Shown: positions 20,039-32,233 of the stretch, in pieces
How the letters are laid out: every line of letters starts with the position of its first letter
How positions within the stretch are numbered: position 1 is the first letter of the stretch
NCBI GenBank assembly: GCA_963776345.1
Contig: CAVZMH010000022.1
Coordinates: 480,001-544,000 of the forward strand
DNA length: 64,000 nucleotides
From: an uncultured delta proteobacterium
GTDB lineage: Bacteria; Myxococcota; Myxococcia; Myxococcales; Myxococcaceae
Direction: 5' to 3'
Translations under genes and position numbers: made by a program
Notes under the pieces: model-generated
Databases searched by the model: none
What the model saw: the letters and a program-made list of their open reading frames with translations, nothing else
Told to the model about the DNA's origin: nothing

Positions 20039-21007
20039 ATCCAGCCGTGGGCCTGATACCACGCGGCGCTCCGGGCAATCGAGGTGCGCGCGTCGATGCG
20101 GGGGACCCACCCCAGCCGCGCCCGCGCCTTCTCCCCGCTGCAGGTCCACGCCGGCGCGAGCAGCTGGCGCGCGAGCTTCCGGTTCAAGGGCAGGTGCTTG
20201 CCCGTCAGCCGGCTCCAGCCGTCCGCCATCGCCGCCAGCGCCCGGAGCCGCCCCGGCGACAGCCGCAGCGTGCGCGGCGTCACCCCCAGCGCCCGCGCCC
20301 CGAGCTCCTGGATCTCCTCGAGGCTCGTCTGGTCCGGCCCCGGCGTGAAGAAGGCCTCCCCCACCGCCTCGGGCCGCACCGCGAGCAGGAGGAGGCACTC
20401 GACGACGTCGTCCACGTCCACCACCGAGAGCGGCCTGGGCCCACCCCCGATCTCCAGCCGGATGCCTCGCTTGACCAGCCGGAAGAAGACCAGGTTCTCG
20501 CGATCTCCCGGCCCGAGGATGCGGGGCGGCCGCGCCACGGTGACCTCGAGCCCCGCCGTCCCCAGCGCGATCCGCTCGGCCTCGGCCTTGCTCTCGCCGT
20601 ACCATTCCTCGGGGAGCAAGGGGTCCGTCTCCACGTGGGGCCGGTCGGGACGGGAGGGCCCCACCGCCGCCAGCGAGCCGGCGAGCACCATCCGGCGGGC
20701 CCCCGCCCGGAGCATCGCGTCACACACCGTCCGCGTCCCCTCCGCGTTGACCCGGAAGAAGGCCGAGCGCTCGGGGGCCCGGCGCAGGCCCGCGAGGTGG
20801 AACACCACCTCCATCCCCTCGACCGCCCGCTGCACGGACGCTGCCTCCGTCACGTCCCCGGGCGACCCTCTCCACGCCCACCCCCTCGAGGGCCGCCGCG
20901 TCGCTTCCGGGACGCACCAGGGCCCGGACCCGGTGCCCGTGTCCCACCAGCCGGCGGGCCAGGGCACTGCCCAGGAACCCGTTTGCACCCGTGATCAGCA
21001 CCTGCAT
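20035..21007 (-). CDS. NAD-dependent epimerase/dehydratase (extended SDR, ElbA-like), frameshift at ~20864
   Basis: [35 protein letters not shown] overlap with the HAD gene. Confidence 0.9.
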
Positions 21008-21178
21008 GTCAGAGGGGCCTCCCAGGAATCTCAGAGGGGGAAACACCTTCCAGGCGTGTTTTCTCCTCTGAAGTCTGATATCCGCCCAGCCTTGGCTTCG
21101 TCGAAGAAACGAAGCCATCGACTCGACGACGAGCCGTACAACGTCCCCTGAACAGAGGGGGAGGGAGAATTCGACCGA

Positions 21179-21484
21179 ATGGCCGCCAAGAAGCCCGCGA
21201 AGAAGCCGGCAAAGAAGTCATCGGGAGCCAAGCGCAAGCCGAACGCCGCCTTCATGAAGGAGCTGATGCCGTCCGAGGACCTCGCGCAGGTGATCGGTAG
21301 CAAGCCGATCCCCCGTACCGAGGTGGTGAAGAAGCTCTGGGCCTACATCCGCAAGAACAATCTCCAGGACGCCAAGGAGAGGCGGATGATCAACGCCGAC
21401 GACAAGCTGAGGCCCGTCTTCGGCGGCAAGAAGCAGGTCTCGATGTTCGAGATGACCAAGCTGGTCAACAAGCACCTGAGCTGA
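21179..21484 (+). CDS. Stand-alone SWIB/MDM2 domain protein
   Basis: Lys/Ala-rich tail then LAQVIG..PRTEVVKKLWAYIRKNNLQD..INADDKL..VSMFEMTK; GGAG RBS. Confidence 0.95.
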   Translation: MAAKKPAKKPAKKSSGAKRKPNAAFMKELMPSEDLAQVIGSKPIPRTEVVKKLWAYIRKNNLQDAKERRMINADDKLRPVFGGKKQVSMFEMTKLVNKHLS

Positions 21485-21520
21485 GTCGTCTCGCCGGGGC
21501 GATGCCCCCGGCACCCTGTG

Positions 21521-21563
21521 GGGCTCCGTGGTCGGCTGCGCGAAAGCGACCACGGAGCCCTTC
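21521..21563 (+). terminator. 14-bp perfect stem-loop downstream of the SWIB gene
   Basis: gggctccgtggtcg (21521-21534) / cgaccacggagccc (21547-21560); weak T tail. Confidence 0.65.
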
Positions 21564-21688
21564 GTACGTCCGGGGCTCCGGTCGCCCATCCTCGACGCTG
21601 GACGCTCGGGCGCCGAGGTCCTCCGAGGGCGAAGCCCTGGCCTGGACGGTGCACTGACGGTCGGCACGCTCGCTCCGAGGTGCCCTCC

Positions 21689-22642
21689 ATGTCCGTCGGC
21701 CCCGTCGTCTCCGGCTCGCCCGAGGTCTCGGGCCCGGCGCAGCCCGACGCTGCCCAGCAGTGCGTCGTCCAGCCGGGGGACACGCTCTCGGCCATCGCTC
21801 GTCGGCTTCAGCAGCAAGGCATGCCTGGAAGCACCGCCGAGCTGGTGCGCACGATCGCCCGGCTCAACGGCATCTCCAACCCCGACCGGATCGAGGTGGG
21901 GCAGGTGCTCACCCTGCCTACACGGCCTTTGGCCGGCACCCACCCCGAGGACCCGGTGGTCGTGGCGGGCACGGTGCCCCGGCTGTCGCTCGGCAGCCTC
22001 TTCAGCGCCGCCGAGCGGCAGACGCTCCTCCAGGGCGCGCTCCTCCGGCTGACCCGGGGGTGGAGCGCCCCGGCGCAGGCGCGCCATCCCCGCGGCCCGG
22101 ACGGCACGCCGCTCTTCCGGCAGGGAGATCCGGCCTGGCGCACGGAGCGGCTCGGGGTGGCGGGCGACGGACCCACGCTCGCCCATGCCGGCTGCGCGGT
22201 CACCGCCTGCGCCATGGCGCTGAGCCGGCTCGGCGGCACCCTCCTGACCCCCGACGCCCTGGTCCGCCACCTCCGCGAGGCGGGCGGCTTCCAGGGCCCG
22301 CTGGTCGACTGGGGCGTGGCGGGAGCGGCCGTCCGGGGAGCGCCCCGGGCCTGTCCGGGCGAGCTCGACGGCCCGGGGATGGATCGCGAGCTGGACGCGG
22401 GACGGCCGGTCCTGCTCCGGGTGACGCACGACGTCCAGGGGCTCTCCCGGCAGCACTGGATCTGCCTGACCGGCCGCGACTCGAGGACCGGCCAGTACAC
22501 GGCGAACGACCCCGCGACCGGGCACACCACCGCGCTGGTCCGGAGGGGGGGCGCGCTGGCGAGCGTCCCGGGCGAGCCCGTCCGGTACGCCTCCGACGGG
22601 CGGATGGTGACGTTCAGCCCAGGCCCCGCGCGGCAGGCGTGA
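21689..22642 (+). CDS. LysM domain + C39-like (papain-fold) cysteine peptidase
   Basis: VQPGDTLSAIA..LNGISNPDRIEVGQVL; FRQGDPAW, GCAVTACAMAL, HWICLTG, ANDP. Confidence 0.85.
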   Translation: MSVGPVVSGSPEVSGPAQPDAAQQCVVQPGDTLSAIARRLQQQGMPGSTAELVRTIARLNGISNPDRIEVGQVLTLPTRPLAGTHPEDPVVVAGTVPRLSLGSLFSAAERQTLLQGALLRLTRGWSAPAQARHPRGPDGTPLFRQGDPAWRTERLGVAGDGPTLAHAGCAVTACAMALSRLGGTLLTPDALVRHLREAGGFQGPLVDWGVAGAAVRGAPRACPGELDGPGMDRELDAGRPVLLRVTHDVQGLSRQHWICLTGRDSRTGQYTANDPATGHTTALVRRGGALASVPGEPVRYASDGRMVTFSPGPARQA

Positions 22643-22739
22643 GCGCGGGCCCGTTCGGTTGCCCAGCGGCCATCGATGTCTGCCGGCGCGAGTCTCGCCC
22701 GCGGTGCTGAGTCCTCGTCGCCCGGGTCGCGCCCGCCGG

Positions 22740-23157
22740 CTAGGGGCTCGAGCACCAGCGGCGAGGGCCGCCCGGCGACCTCCAGCTCGAGCGGCTCGCG
22801 CGGCCGAGCCAGCGCGGCTCGGGACTCCGGCGGAGCGAACGTGCCCCGGTGCTGCGGGACCGCCTCGGGCCAGGCCAGGCGCTCCCCGGGTCCTGGAGCT
22901 CGAAGCCCAGCGCCTCGGCGTGGGCCCGGACCAGCAGCCCCGCGAGCTGGGGAACGAGGAAGAGCGCGAATGCGGCCAGTGTGGCCGCGACGTCCACCCA
23001 GAGTGTGGGCCCCTGCCCGTCTCCCAGCTCGGCGCTGGCCCAGAGCAGCCGCGAGAACAGGAGCCCGCGGCGCCCGCGCCCGCCACGCCCTCCGGTGCCA
23101 GCGCGGGTCGAGCGTCCTCGCCAGTCCGTGGCCCGAGGCGAACCGGGTCAGTACCAT
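22740..23157 (-). CDS. Possible small membrane protein, boundaries uncertain (probably frameshifted)
   Basis: Hydrophobic segment LWVDVAATLAAFALFLVPQLAGLLV in an otherwise unexplained gap. Confidence 0.3.
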
Positions 23158-23416
23158 CGGCGCGCAGGCGCCCCCCACGACCGCCAGGCCGGTCCTCGCG
23201 TCCGCATCGAGCGTGTCGCTCCACAGAAGCAGCGGGGCGGTCAGGACGAGGCCGGGCGCAGGCCGGGCCAGCGTGGCCCCGGTCAGCGCCAGAGGGCAGG
23301 GCCACGGGGAGCGTGCAGTGTCGCCCGGGCGGCTGACCCGGAGCGAGACCCTGTGTGCGCGAGGGGACTGTTGGCTCGCCGGGCCGGGCGTCCTCCGCTA
23401 AGCACCCTGTACACCC

Positions 23417-26400
23417 ATGCACCCGCACCTCGACGAGGCCCGAGAGGCCGCTCCGCCCGGCCAGACCCCGGAGGTCGACGAGCCGGCCCTCGCCGGGCCG
23501 CTGTACGCCCGGACCCGGGAGCACGTCCTGGCCCAGCGGCAGAGCCCGCTCTCCACCTACCGGGTGCAGCTGCACCGTGAGCTCGACTTCGCCCGGGCGA
23601 GCGCGGCGCTGCCGTACCTGGCCCGGCTCGGGGTGAGTCACCTCTACGCCTCGCCCATCCTCCGCGCGATGCCCGGGAGCGCCCACGGGTACGACGTGGT
23701 CGACCACGGCGAGGTCAACCCGGAGCTCGGCGGCGGGGTGGGGCTCGCCGCGCTCACCGACGCGCTGCGAGCGAACGGGCTGGGGCTGCTGCTGGACACG
23801 GTGCCCAACCACATGGGAATCGCCGCGGGGAACGCGCTCTGGGAGGACGTGCTGGAGAACGGTCCGGCGGCGGTCCACGCGCACTTCTTCGACGTGGACT
23901 GGGAGCCGGTGAAGACCGAGCTCCGCGGCAAGGTCCTGCTCCCCGTCCTCGGCGACCAGTACGGCGTGGTGCTGGACCGGGGCGAGCTGCAGCTCGAGTA
24001 CCAGGGCGGGACCATCGCGCTCCGCTACCTCGAGCACCGCTTCCCCCTGAACCCGCGCGCCTACCAGGACGTGCTCGGCCCGGGGCTGGAGCAGGTGGGC
24101 AGCCAGCTCGGCGACTCGCATCCCGACTTCACCGAGCTGCAGAGCATCCTCACCGGCCTCCGCAACCTGCCGTCGCGGGCCGAGACCACGCCGGAGAAGG
24201 TGCTGGAGCGGAACCGGGAGAAGGAGGTGCTCAAGCGGCGGCTGAACGTGCTGGTGAGCAGCTCGCCCGTGGTCGCCGAGCACGTGCGGACCAACCTCGC
24301 CCGGCTCAACGGACACCCCGGCGACCCGCGCAGCTTCGACGCGCTGGACCGCCTGCTCGAGCGCTACGTGCCCTACCGGCTGGCGCACTGGCGCGTGGCC
24401 GGCGAGGAGATCAACTACCGGCGCTTCTTCGACATCAACAGCCTGGCGGCGATCCGGGTCGAGGACCGTGAGGTGTTCGAGGAGGCGCACGCGCTCACCT
24501 TCCAGCTGCTCGCCCGGGACCAGGTGCAGGGCCTCCGCATCGACCATCCCGACGGCCTGTTCGACCCGAGCGCCTACTTCCTCCGGCTGCAAGAGCGGTA
24601 CTTCCTCGACCAGGCGCGGAAGCTCGCCGGGGATTCCGTGGACGATGGGAGCTGGCCGGCGGTGAGCGAGGCGCTGCTGGGCCGCTGGCGCGCGGAGGCC
24701 GGGGCCGATCCCTCCGCCCCGCTGCGCCGAGCGCTGTACGTGGTGGTGGAGAAGATCCAGGGCGGCAAGGAGCGCATCCCGGAGGACTGGGCGGTGCAGG
24801 GCACCACCGGGTACCGCTTCGCCAACCTCACCACCGGGCTGCTGGTCGACATGTCGGCGGCCCGGGAGTTCACCGAGATCTACGAGGAGTTCATCGGGCA
24901 GCCGACGAGCTTCGAGGCGCTGCTGGTGGAGAAGAAGAGGCAGGTGGTGGCGGCGAGCATGGCCAGCGAGATCAACGGGCTGGCCCGCGAGCTCAATCGA
25001 ATATCCGAGATGAACCGCCGCACCCGCGACTTCACGCTGAACTCCATCCGCCGGGCGCTGATCGGCTTCATCGCCCACTTCCCGGTGTACCGGACCTACG
25101 TCTCCGCCGCGCCGGGCGTCGACGAGCGCGACGCGCACTACATCCAGTGGGCCATCGCCCGGGCGCGGGTCGCGGACCCCATCACCAGCGCCTCGCTGTT
25201 CCAGTGGCTGGAGGAGCTGCTGCTCAAGCGGTACCCGGAACACCTTCCGCTCCCCGAGCGCCAGGTGATGCTGCGGGTCGCCATGAAGCTCCAGCAGATC
25301 ACCGGTCCGGTGATGGCGAAGGGACTGGAGGACACCGTCTTCTACGTCTACAACCGCCTGGTGGCGCTCAACGAGGTGGGCGGGGAACCGGAGCACTTCG
25401 GGGCCAGCGTGGAGACCTTCCATCACCGCAACGTCGAGCGCGCCGGCGACTGGCCCGGAGGGTTGCTCGCCAGCTCCACCCACGACACCAAGCGGAGCGA
25501 GGACCTGCGCGCCAGGCTGGCGGTGCTCTCGGAGATGCCGGCCGAGTGGCGCCGCGCGCTCCAGACCTGGCGGAAGCTGAACGCGGTCCACAAGACCGAG
25601 CTCCCCGGCGGCCCCGCGCCGTCCGCCAACGACGAGTACCTCCTCTACCAGACGCTGCTCGGCGTCTGGCCCATGGGGGAGCTGGACCCGTCCCACCTCC
25701 CGGCGTTCGGTGCGCGGATCCGCGAGTACATGCTCAAGGCCATCCGGGAGGCGAAGGTCCACACCGGCTGGACAAACCCCGACCCGGACTACGAAGAGGC
25801 CACCACCCGCTTCGTGGACCGCCTCCTCGACCCGGGCGTCTCGCGGGTGTTCTTCGACCAGGCGCGGCTCCTCAAGGAGAAGCTCGAGCGCCCCGGGCAG
25901 GTGAACTCGCTGGTGCAGCTGGCGCTGAAGCTGGCCAGCCCCGGGGTGCCGGACATCTACCAGGGCTGCGAGCTGTGGGACCTCTCGCTGGTGGACCCGG
26001 ACAACCGCCGCCCGGTGGACTTCCAGCTCCGGGACCAGATGCTCTCCGAGCTGCTCCGCCGCCACGCCCAGGCGCCGCTGAGCACGGCGCGCGACGCGTG
26101 GGCCGATCCCACCGACGGGCGGTGCAAGCTGCTCCTCACCGCGGTGATGCTCCGGCTCCGGCAGGCGCGGCCCGAGCTGTTCCGGCGAGGCGGCTACCAG
26201 GCGCTGGAGGTGGAGGGGAACTCCGCGGCGCGGGCGCTGGCCTTCGCCCGGCGGCTCGGGGACGAGGCGGTGGTGGTGGCCGCGCCCCGGCTGGTCACCG
26301 GCGCGCTCAGGGCCGGGCTCGGTCCGGCCCACGGCTCGACGCGGGTGCGGCTCCCCGCGGAGCTGGCCGGCCGGCGCCTGCGGAGCGTCGTCACCGGGGC

Positions 26401-26481
26401 GGACGTGCAGCCACTCGAGGGGGGACTTCTGCTGGGACCGCTCCTGGCCGACTTCCCGGTGGCGGTCCTGGAGGCCGTGGA

Positions 26482-26485
<4 letters not shown>
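23417..26485 (+). CDS. treY: Malto-oligosyltrehalose synthase
   Basis: [69 protein letters not shown]. Confidence 0.97.
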
Positions 26486-28637
<2,152 letters not shown>

Positions 28638-28641
<4 letters not shown>

Positions 28642-29588
28642 GCACGCCGTGGTGGGTCTGGCTGCTGTTCAACGTCGGCGTCCTCGGGGTGCTGGCGATG
28701 GACCTCGGCGTGGCCCGCCGGCGCGGCCACCGGCCCCAGACCGCCGCCGCGGCCGGGCGCTGGGTGCTGCTCTGGGTGAGTCTGTCGCTCGGCTTCGGCG
28801 CCGCCCTGTGGTGGGGCCGTGGGCAGCGGACGGGGCTGGAGTTCTTCACCGCCTACGTCGTCGAGTACGCGCTCAGCGTCGACAACCTCTTCGTCTTCCT
28901 CCTGGTGTTCGAGTACTTCCGCATCCGTCCGGGAGAGCAGCACCTGCTCTTGTTCTGGGGCGTGCTGGGCGCGTTCGTGCTCCGGGGAACGCTGATCCTC
29001 GGCGGTGCGGCGCTGGTCCGCGAGTTCGAGTGGATGCTCTACCTGTTCGGGGCGTTCCTCCTCTGGACGGCGGCCAAGCTCATCCGCGGGGGGGAGGCCC
29101 AGGCCGACCCGGCCCACAACCCCGTGCTGCGGTTTGCCCGGCGGGTGCTGCCGGTGGCCGACCCAGCGCCCGAGGATCGGTTCGTCGTCCGGGGCACCCG
29201 TGGACTTCAAGTCACCCCGCTCTTCCTGGTGCTGCTGGTGGTGGAGACGACGGATCTGATGTTCGCGCTCGACTCCATCCCCGCGGTGCTCGGCGTGAGC
29301 CGCGACCCGTTCGTGCTCTACAGCAGCAACGTCACCGCGGTGCTCGGGCTGCGGTCGCTGTTCTTCGTGCTCCGGTCGCTGCTGTCCCGGCTGCACTACC
29401 TGAAACCGGCGCTGGCGGTGGTGCTGGGCTTCGTGGGGCTGAAGATGATCGCCGAGCCCTGGGTGCCGGTGCCGGTGTGGCTCTCTCTGGCGGTCATCGG
29501 CGGGGTGCTGGGCCTGGCCTTCGCGGCCTCCTGGTGGCGAGGCCGGAGTGAGCGCGCGTCACCGGAGCAGGGCGGGCCCGGGACTTGA
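28638..29588 (+). CDS. TerC/Alx family membrane protein
   Basis: EYALSVDNLFVF, VETTDLMFALDSIPA, LGLRSLFF. Confidence 0.92.
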
Positions 29589-29636
29589 CCGTTGCACCCC
29601 GGGCGGGGGACGGGCCATGGTCTCCGGGGGAGGGTC

Positions 29637-30020
29637 ATGTCCAGCACCGTCACCGAGGGCATCCGGGTCACCGTCCAGCCCAGCTTCTGGGCCGAGCGCA
29701 GCGCACCCGAGAACGGGCAGTTCGCCTTCAGCTACGCCGTGGAGATCGCCAACGAGGGCACGGCGCCGGCGCAGCTCCGGAGCCGGCACTGGGTCATCAC
29801 CGACGCGAACGGGCAGGTGGAGGAGGTGCGAGGGCAGGGCGTGGTGGGCGAGACCCCGCGGCTCGCCCCGGGTGAGCGTTTCGAGTACCGGAGCTGGGCG
29901 ATGCTGAGGACGCCCTTCGGGACCATGCGGGGGAGCTACACCTTCGTGCGCCCGGACGGGTCGACCTTCGAGGCCCGCATCTCCGAGTTCGCCCTGACCC
30001 AGCCGCACGCGCTCAACTGA
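29637..30020 (+). CDS. apaG: ApaG protein
   Basis: QLRSRHWVITD, EVRGQGVVGETP, GTMRGSY. Confidence 0.95.
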   Translation: MSSTVTEGIRVTVQPSFWAERSAPENGQFAFSYAVEIANEGTAPAQLRSRHWVITDANGQVEEVRGQGVVGETPRLAPGERFEYRSWAMLRTPFGTMRGSYTFVRPDGSTFEARISEFALTQPHALN

Positions 30021-31078
30021 TGGACTCCGCTCCGCAGGGCGTGCTGCTCATCAACCTCGGGACCCCGGACGCGCCGGAGACGGGGGCGGTGCGCCGGTAT
30101 CTGCGCGAGTTCCTGAGCGACCCCCGGGTGCTGGACATCCCCCCGGCGGGCAGGGCGGCGCTGCTCTACGGGGTCATCCTCCCCTTCCGCCCGAGGAAGT
30201 CCGCCGAGGCCTACCGGAAGGTCTGGATGCCCCAGGGCTCACCGCTCCTGGTCCACGGGCGGGCGCTGAGCGACCGGCTCCAGGACGCGCTGGGGCCCGG
30301 GTGGGCGGTGGAGCTCGGGATGCGGTACGGGAGCCCGTCGCTCGGCTCGGCGCTGGAGAAGCTGCGGGCGCGGGGGGTGCGCGAGCTGACCGTGGTGCCG
30401 CTCTATCCGCAGTACGCCTCGAGCTCGACCGGCTCGAGCCTGGAGCGGGTGTACAGGCTGGTCGGCGAGGCGTGGAACGTGGAGGCGCTTCGGGTGCTCC
30501 CGCCCTTCTACGACCGGCCGGCCTTCCTGGACGCGTTCGCCGACGTGGGGCGCCCGGTGCTGGCCGAGGCCCGGCCCGAGCACGTGCTGTTCAGCTTCCA
30601 CGGGCTCCCCGAGCGACAGGTGAAGAAGAGCGACCCCACCGGCGCGCACTGCCTCGCGCGGGCGGACTGCTGCGACGTGGAGGTCCCGGCGAACCGCTGG
30701 TGCTACCGGATGCAGGCGGTGTTCACCGCCCGGGCGATGGCGCAGCGGCTGGGGCTCGAGCCGGGGAAGTGGACCGTCACCTTCCAGAGTCGCCTCGGGC
30801 GGACGCCGTGGGTGCGGCCGTACACCGACGTGGTGATTCCCGAGCTGGCGCGGAACGGGGTGAAGCGGCTGGCGGTGTTCTGTCCGGCGTTCGTCGCCGA
30901 CTGCCTGGAGACGCTGGAGGAGATCGGCATCCGGGCGAAGGCCGACTTCCTCGCGCACGGCGGGGAGTCGCTCACCCTGGTCCCGAGCCTGAACGCGCAT
31001 CCGTCGTGGGTGCGCGGGCTCACCAAGATGCTCCGGCAGCTCCGGGGCGAGGAAGCGGAGACCGGCGCCGCGGCGTGA
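30020..31078 (+). CDS. hemH: Ferrochelatase
   Basis: LLINLGTP, PLYPQYASS, FSFHGLP, FQSRLG..W..PYT, FVADCLETLEEI. Confidence 0.96.
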   Translation: MDSAPQGVLLINLGTPDAPETGAVRRYLREFLSDPRVLDIPPAGRAALLYGVILPFRPRKSAEAYRKVWMPQGSPLLVHGRALSDRLQDALGPGWAVELGMRYGSPSLGSALEKLRARGVRELTVVPLYPQYASSSTGSSLERVYRLVGEAWNVEALRVLPPFYDRPAFLDAFADVGRPVLAEARPEHVLFSFHGLPERQVKKSDPTGAHCLARADCCDVEVPANRWCYRMQAVFTARAMAQRLGLEPGKWTVTFQSRLGRTPWVRPYTDVVIPELARNGVKRLAVFCPAFVADCLETLEEIGIRAKADFLAHGGESLTLVPSLNAHPSWVRGLTKMLRQLRGEEAETGAAA

Positions 31079-31132
31079 GAGGAGCCGAGGCAAGGCGAAG
31101 GACGCCGGGAGCTGAACTGCTCCAGCGGCGCC

Positions 31133-31170
31133 CACTGAACGTCCCGCCCGGCGCCTGTGCGGAGTTCAGT
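31133..31170. terminator. Hairpin between convergent hemH and sua5
   Basis: cactgaac (31133-31140) / gttcagtg (31163-31170) with partial internal pairing. Confidence 0.4.
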
Positions 31171-32137
31171 GTTCTCGAGGCGCCGCCGCCCGCCGCAGTC
31201 GGTCCGCCACCGCCAGCCCGAGGCCTTCCTCGCCCGGCACCGAGATGACCACCACGTCCACCTTCGCCTCGTCGGCGGCGCGGAACACGCCGTACAGCTC
31301 GCGCGCCAGGCCCTCCACGTCCGCCGGGATGCGCAGCGCGACCAGCGGCGCCGGCACCTCGACCGACTCGGGCACCGCCACCGCGACGCGGCGCCCGCCC
31401 TCGGCCAGCGAGAGCGCCTTCGCCACCGCGGCGCCCGGCTCGGCCAGCAGCACGCCGGCCCGCGGCGCATAGTGCGAGGGCAGGAGCCCGGGCGCCCGCA
31501 TCTTCCGGCCAGGGACCCGGGAGATCCGATGCCCGAGCACCTTCTCCACCGCCTCCACCGGCACTCCACCGGGACGGAGCAGCACCGGCTCGTCGCCGCT
31601 CAGGTCGACGATGGTCGACTCCACGCCCACCCGCGCCGGCCCGCCGTCCAATACCAGATCGACGTCGGCGCCGAGGTCTTCTCGCACGTGCTCGGCCCGG
31701 GTGGGGCTCACCTGCCCGAAGCGGTTGGCGCTCGGCGCCGCCACCCCGCCGTTGAACACCCGGAGCACCGCCAGCGCCACCGGGTGTCCCGGCACCCGGA
31801 GGGCCACCGTCTCCTGCCCACCGGTCACCGCGTCCGAGGCGCGCGAGGACCGCCGGAGCACCAGGGTCAGCGGCCCGGGCCAGAACGCCGCGGCCAGCAT
31901 GTGGGCCTCGGGCGGCACCTCCGTCGCCCACTGCGACATCGCGCCCGCGTGCGCCACGTGGACGATGAGCGGGTGGGTGGACGGGCGGCCCTTCACCGCG
32001 AAGATGCGCCGCACCGCCAGCTCGTTCTCCGCGTCCGCGGCCAGCCCGTACACCGTCTCCGTGGGCAGGCCCACCAGCCCGCCTCGGCGGAGCACCGCGA
32101 CGGCAGCGGCGATGCTATCGGGTGAGGTGACTTCCAT
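31166..32137 (-). CDS. sua5: L-threonylcarbamoyladenylate synthase (Sua5/TsaC2)
   Basis: PTETVYGL, KGRPSTHPLIVH, FWPGPLT, APSAN, GVESTIVD, APGLLPSHYAP. Confidence 0.95.
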   Translation of the reverse strand: MEVTSPDSIAAAVAVLRRGGLVGLPTETVYGLAADAENELAVRRIFAVKGRPSTHPLIVHVAHAGAMSQWATEVPPEAHMLAAAFWPGPLTLVLRRSSRASDAVTGGQETVALRVPGHPVALAVLRVFNGGVAAPSANRFGQVSPTRAEHVREDLGADVDLVLDGGPARVGVESTIVDLSGDEPVLLRPGGVPVEAVEKVLGHRISRVPGRKMRAPGLLPSHYAPRAGVLLAEPGAAVAKALSLAEGGRRVAVAVPESVEVPAPLVALRIPADVEGLARELYGVFRAADEAKVDVVVISVPGEEGLGLAVADRLRRAAAPREH

Positions 32138-32233
32138 GGCGCGGTGAAGGTTGCGGTGGGCCTCACTCGCGCTCATAACAAGCACGCCCCGGCGCAGGAA
32201 GTGGCGCCCGGTCCTGGCGGCCGGAGGAGCGTG

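Noticed and set aside
17744..20605. 953-aa ORF suggesting a HAD-LarA fusion protein
   Set aside because: Artefact of the frameshift at ~19590. The HAD C-terminal motifs continue in another frame to a stop at 19372, and the LarA-like gene has its own ATG at 19357.
21689..22642. C39-like peptidase as part of a RiPP/bacteriocin cluster
   Set aside because: No ABC exporter fusion, precursor peptide or modifying enzyme nearby; the LysM fusion points to cell-wall function
21218..26332. 1704-aa minus-strand ORF and other long antisense ORFs (e.g. 46122-48818, 37038-39692, 59043-61388)
   Set aside because: Shadow frames of high-GC genes; Arg/Pro/Gly-rich with no domain motifs and opposite well-supported genes
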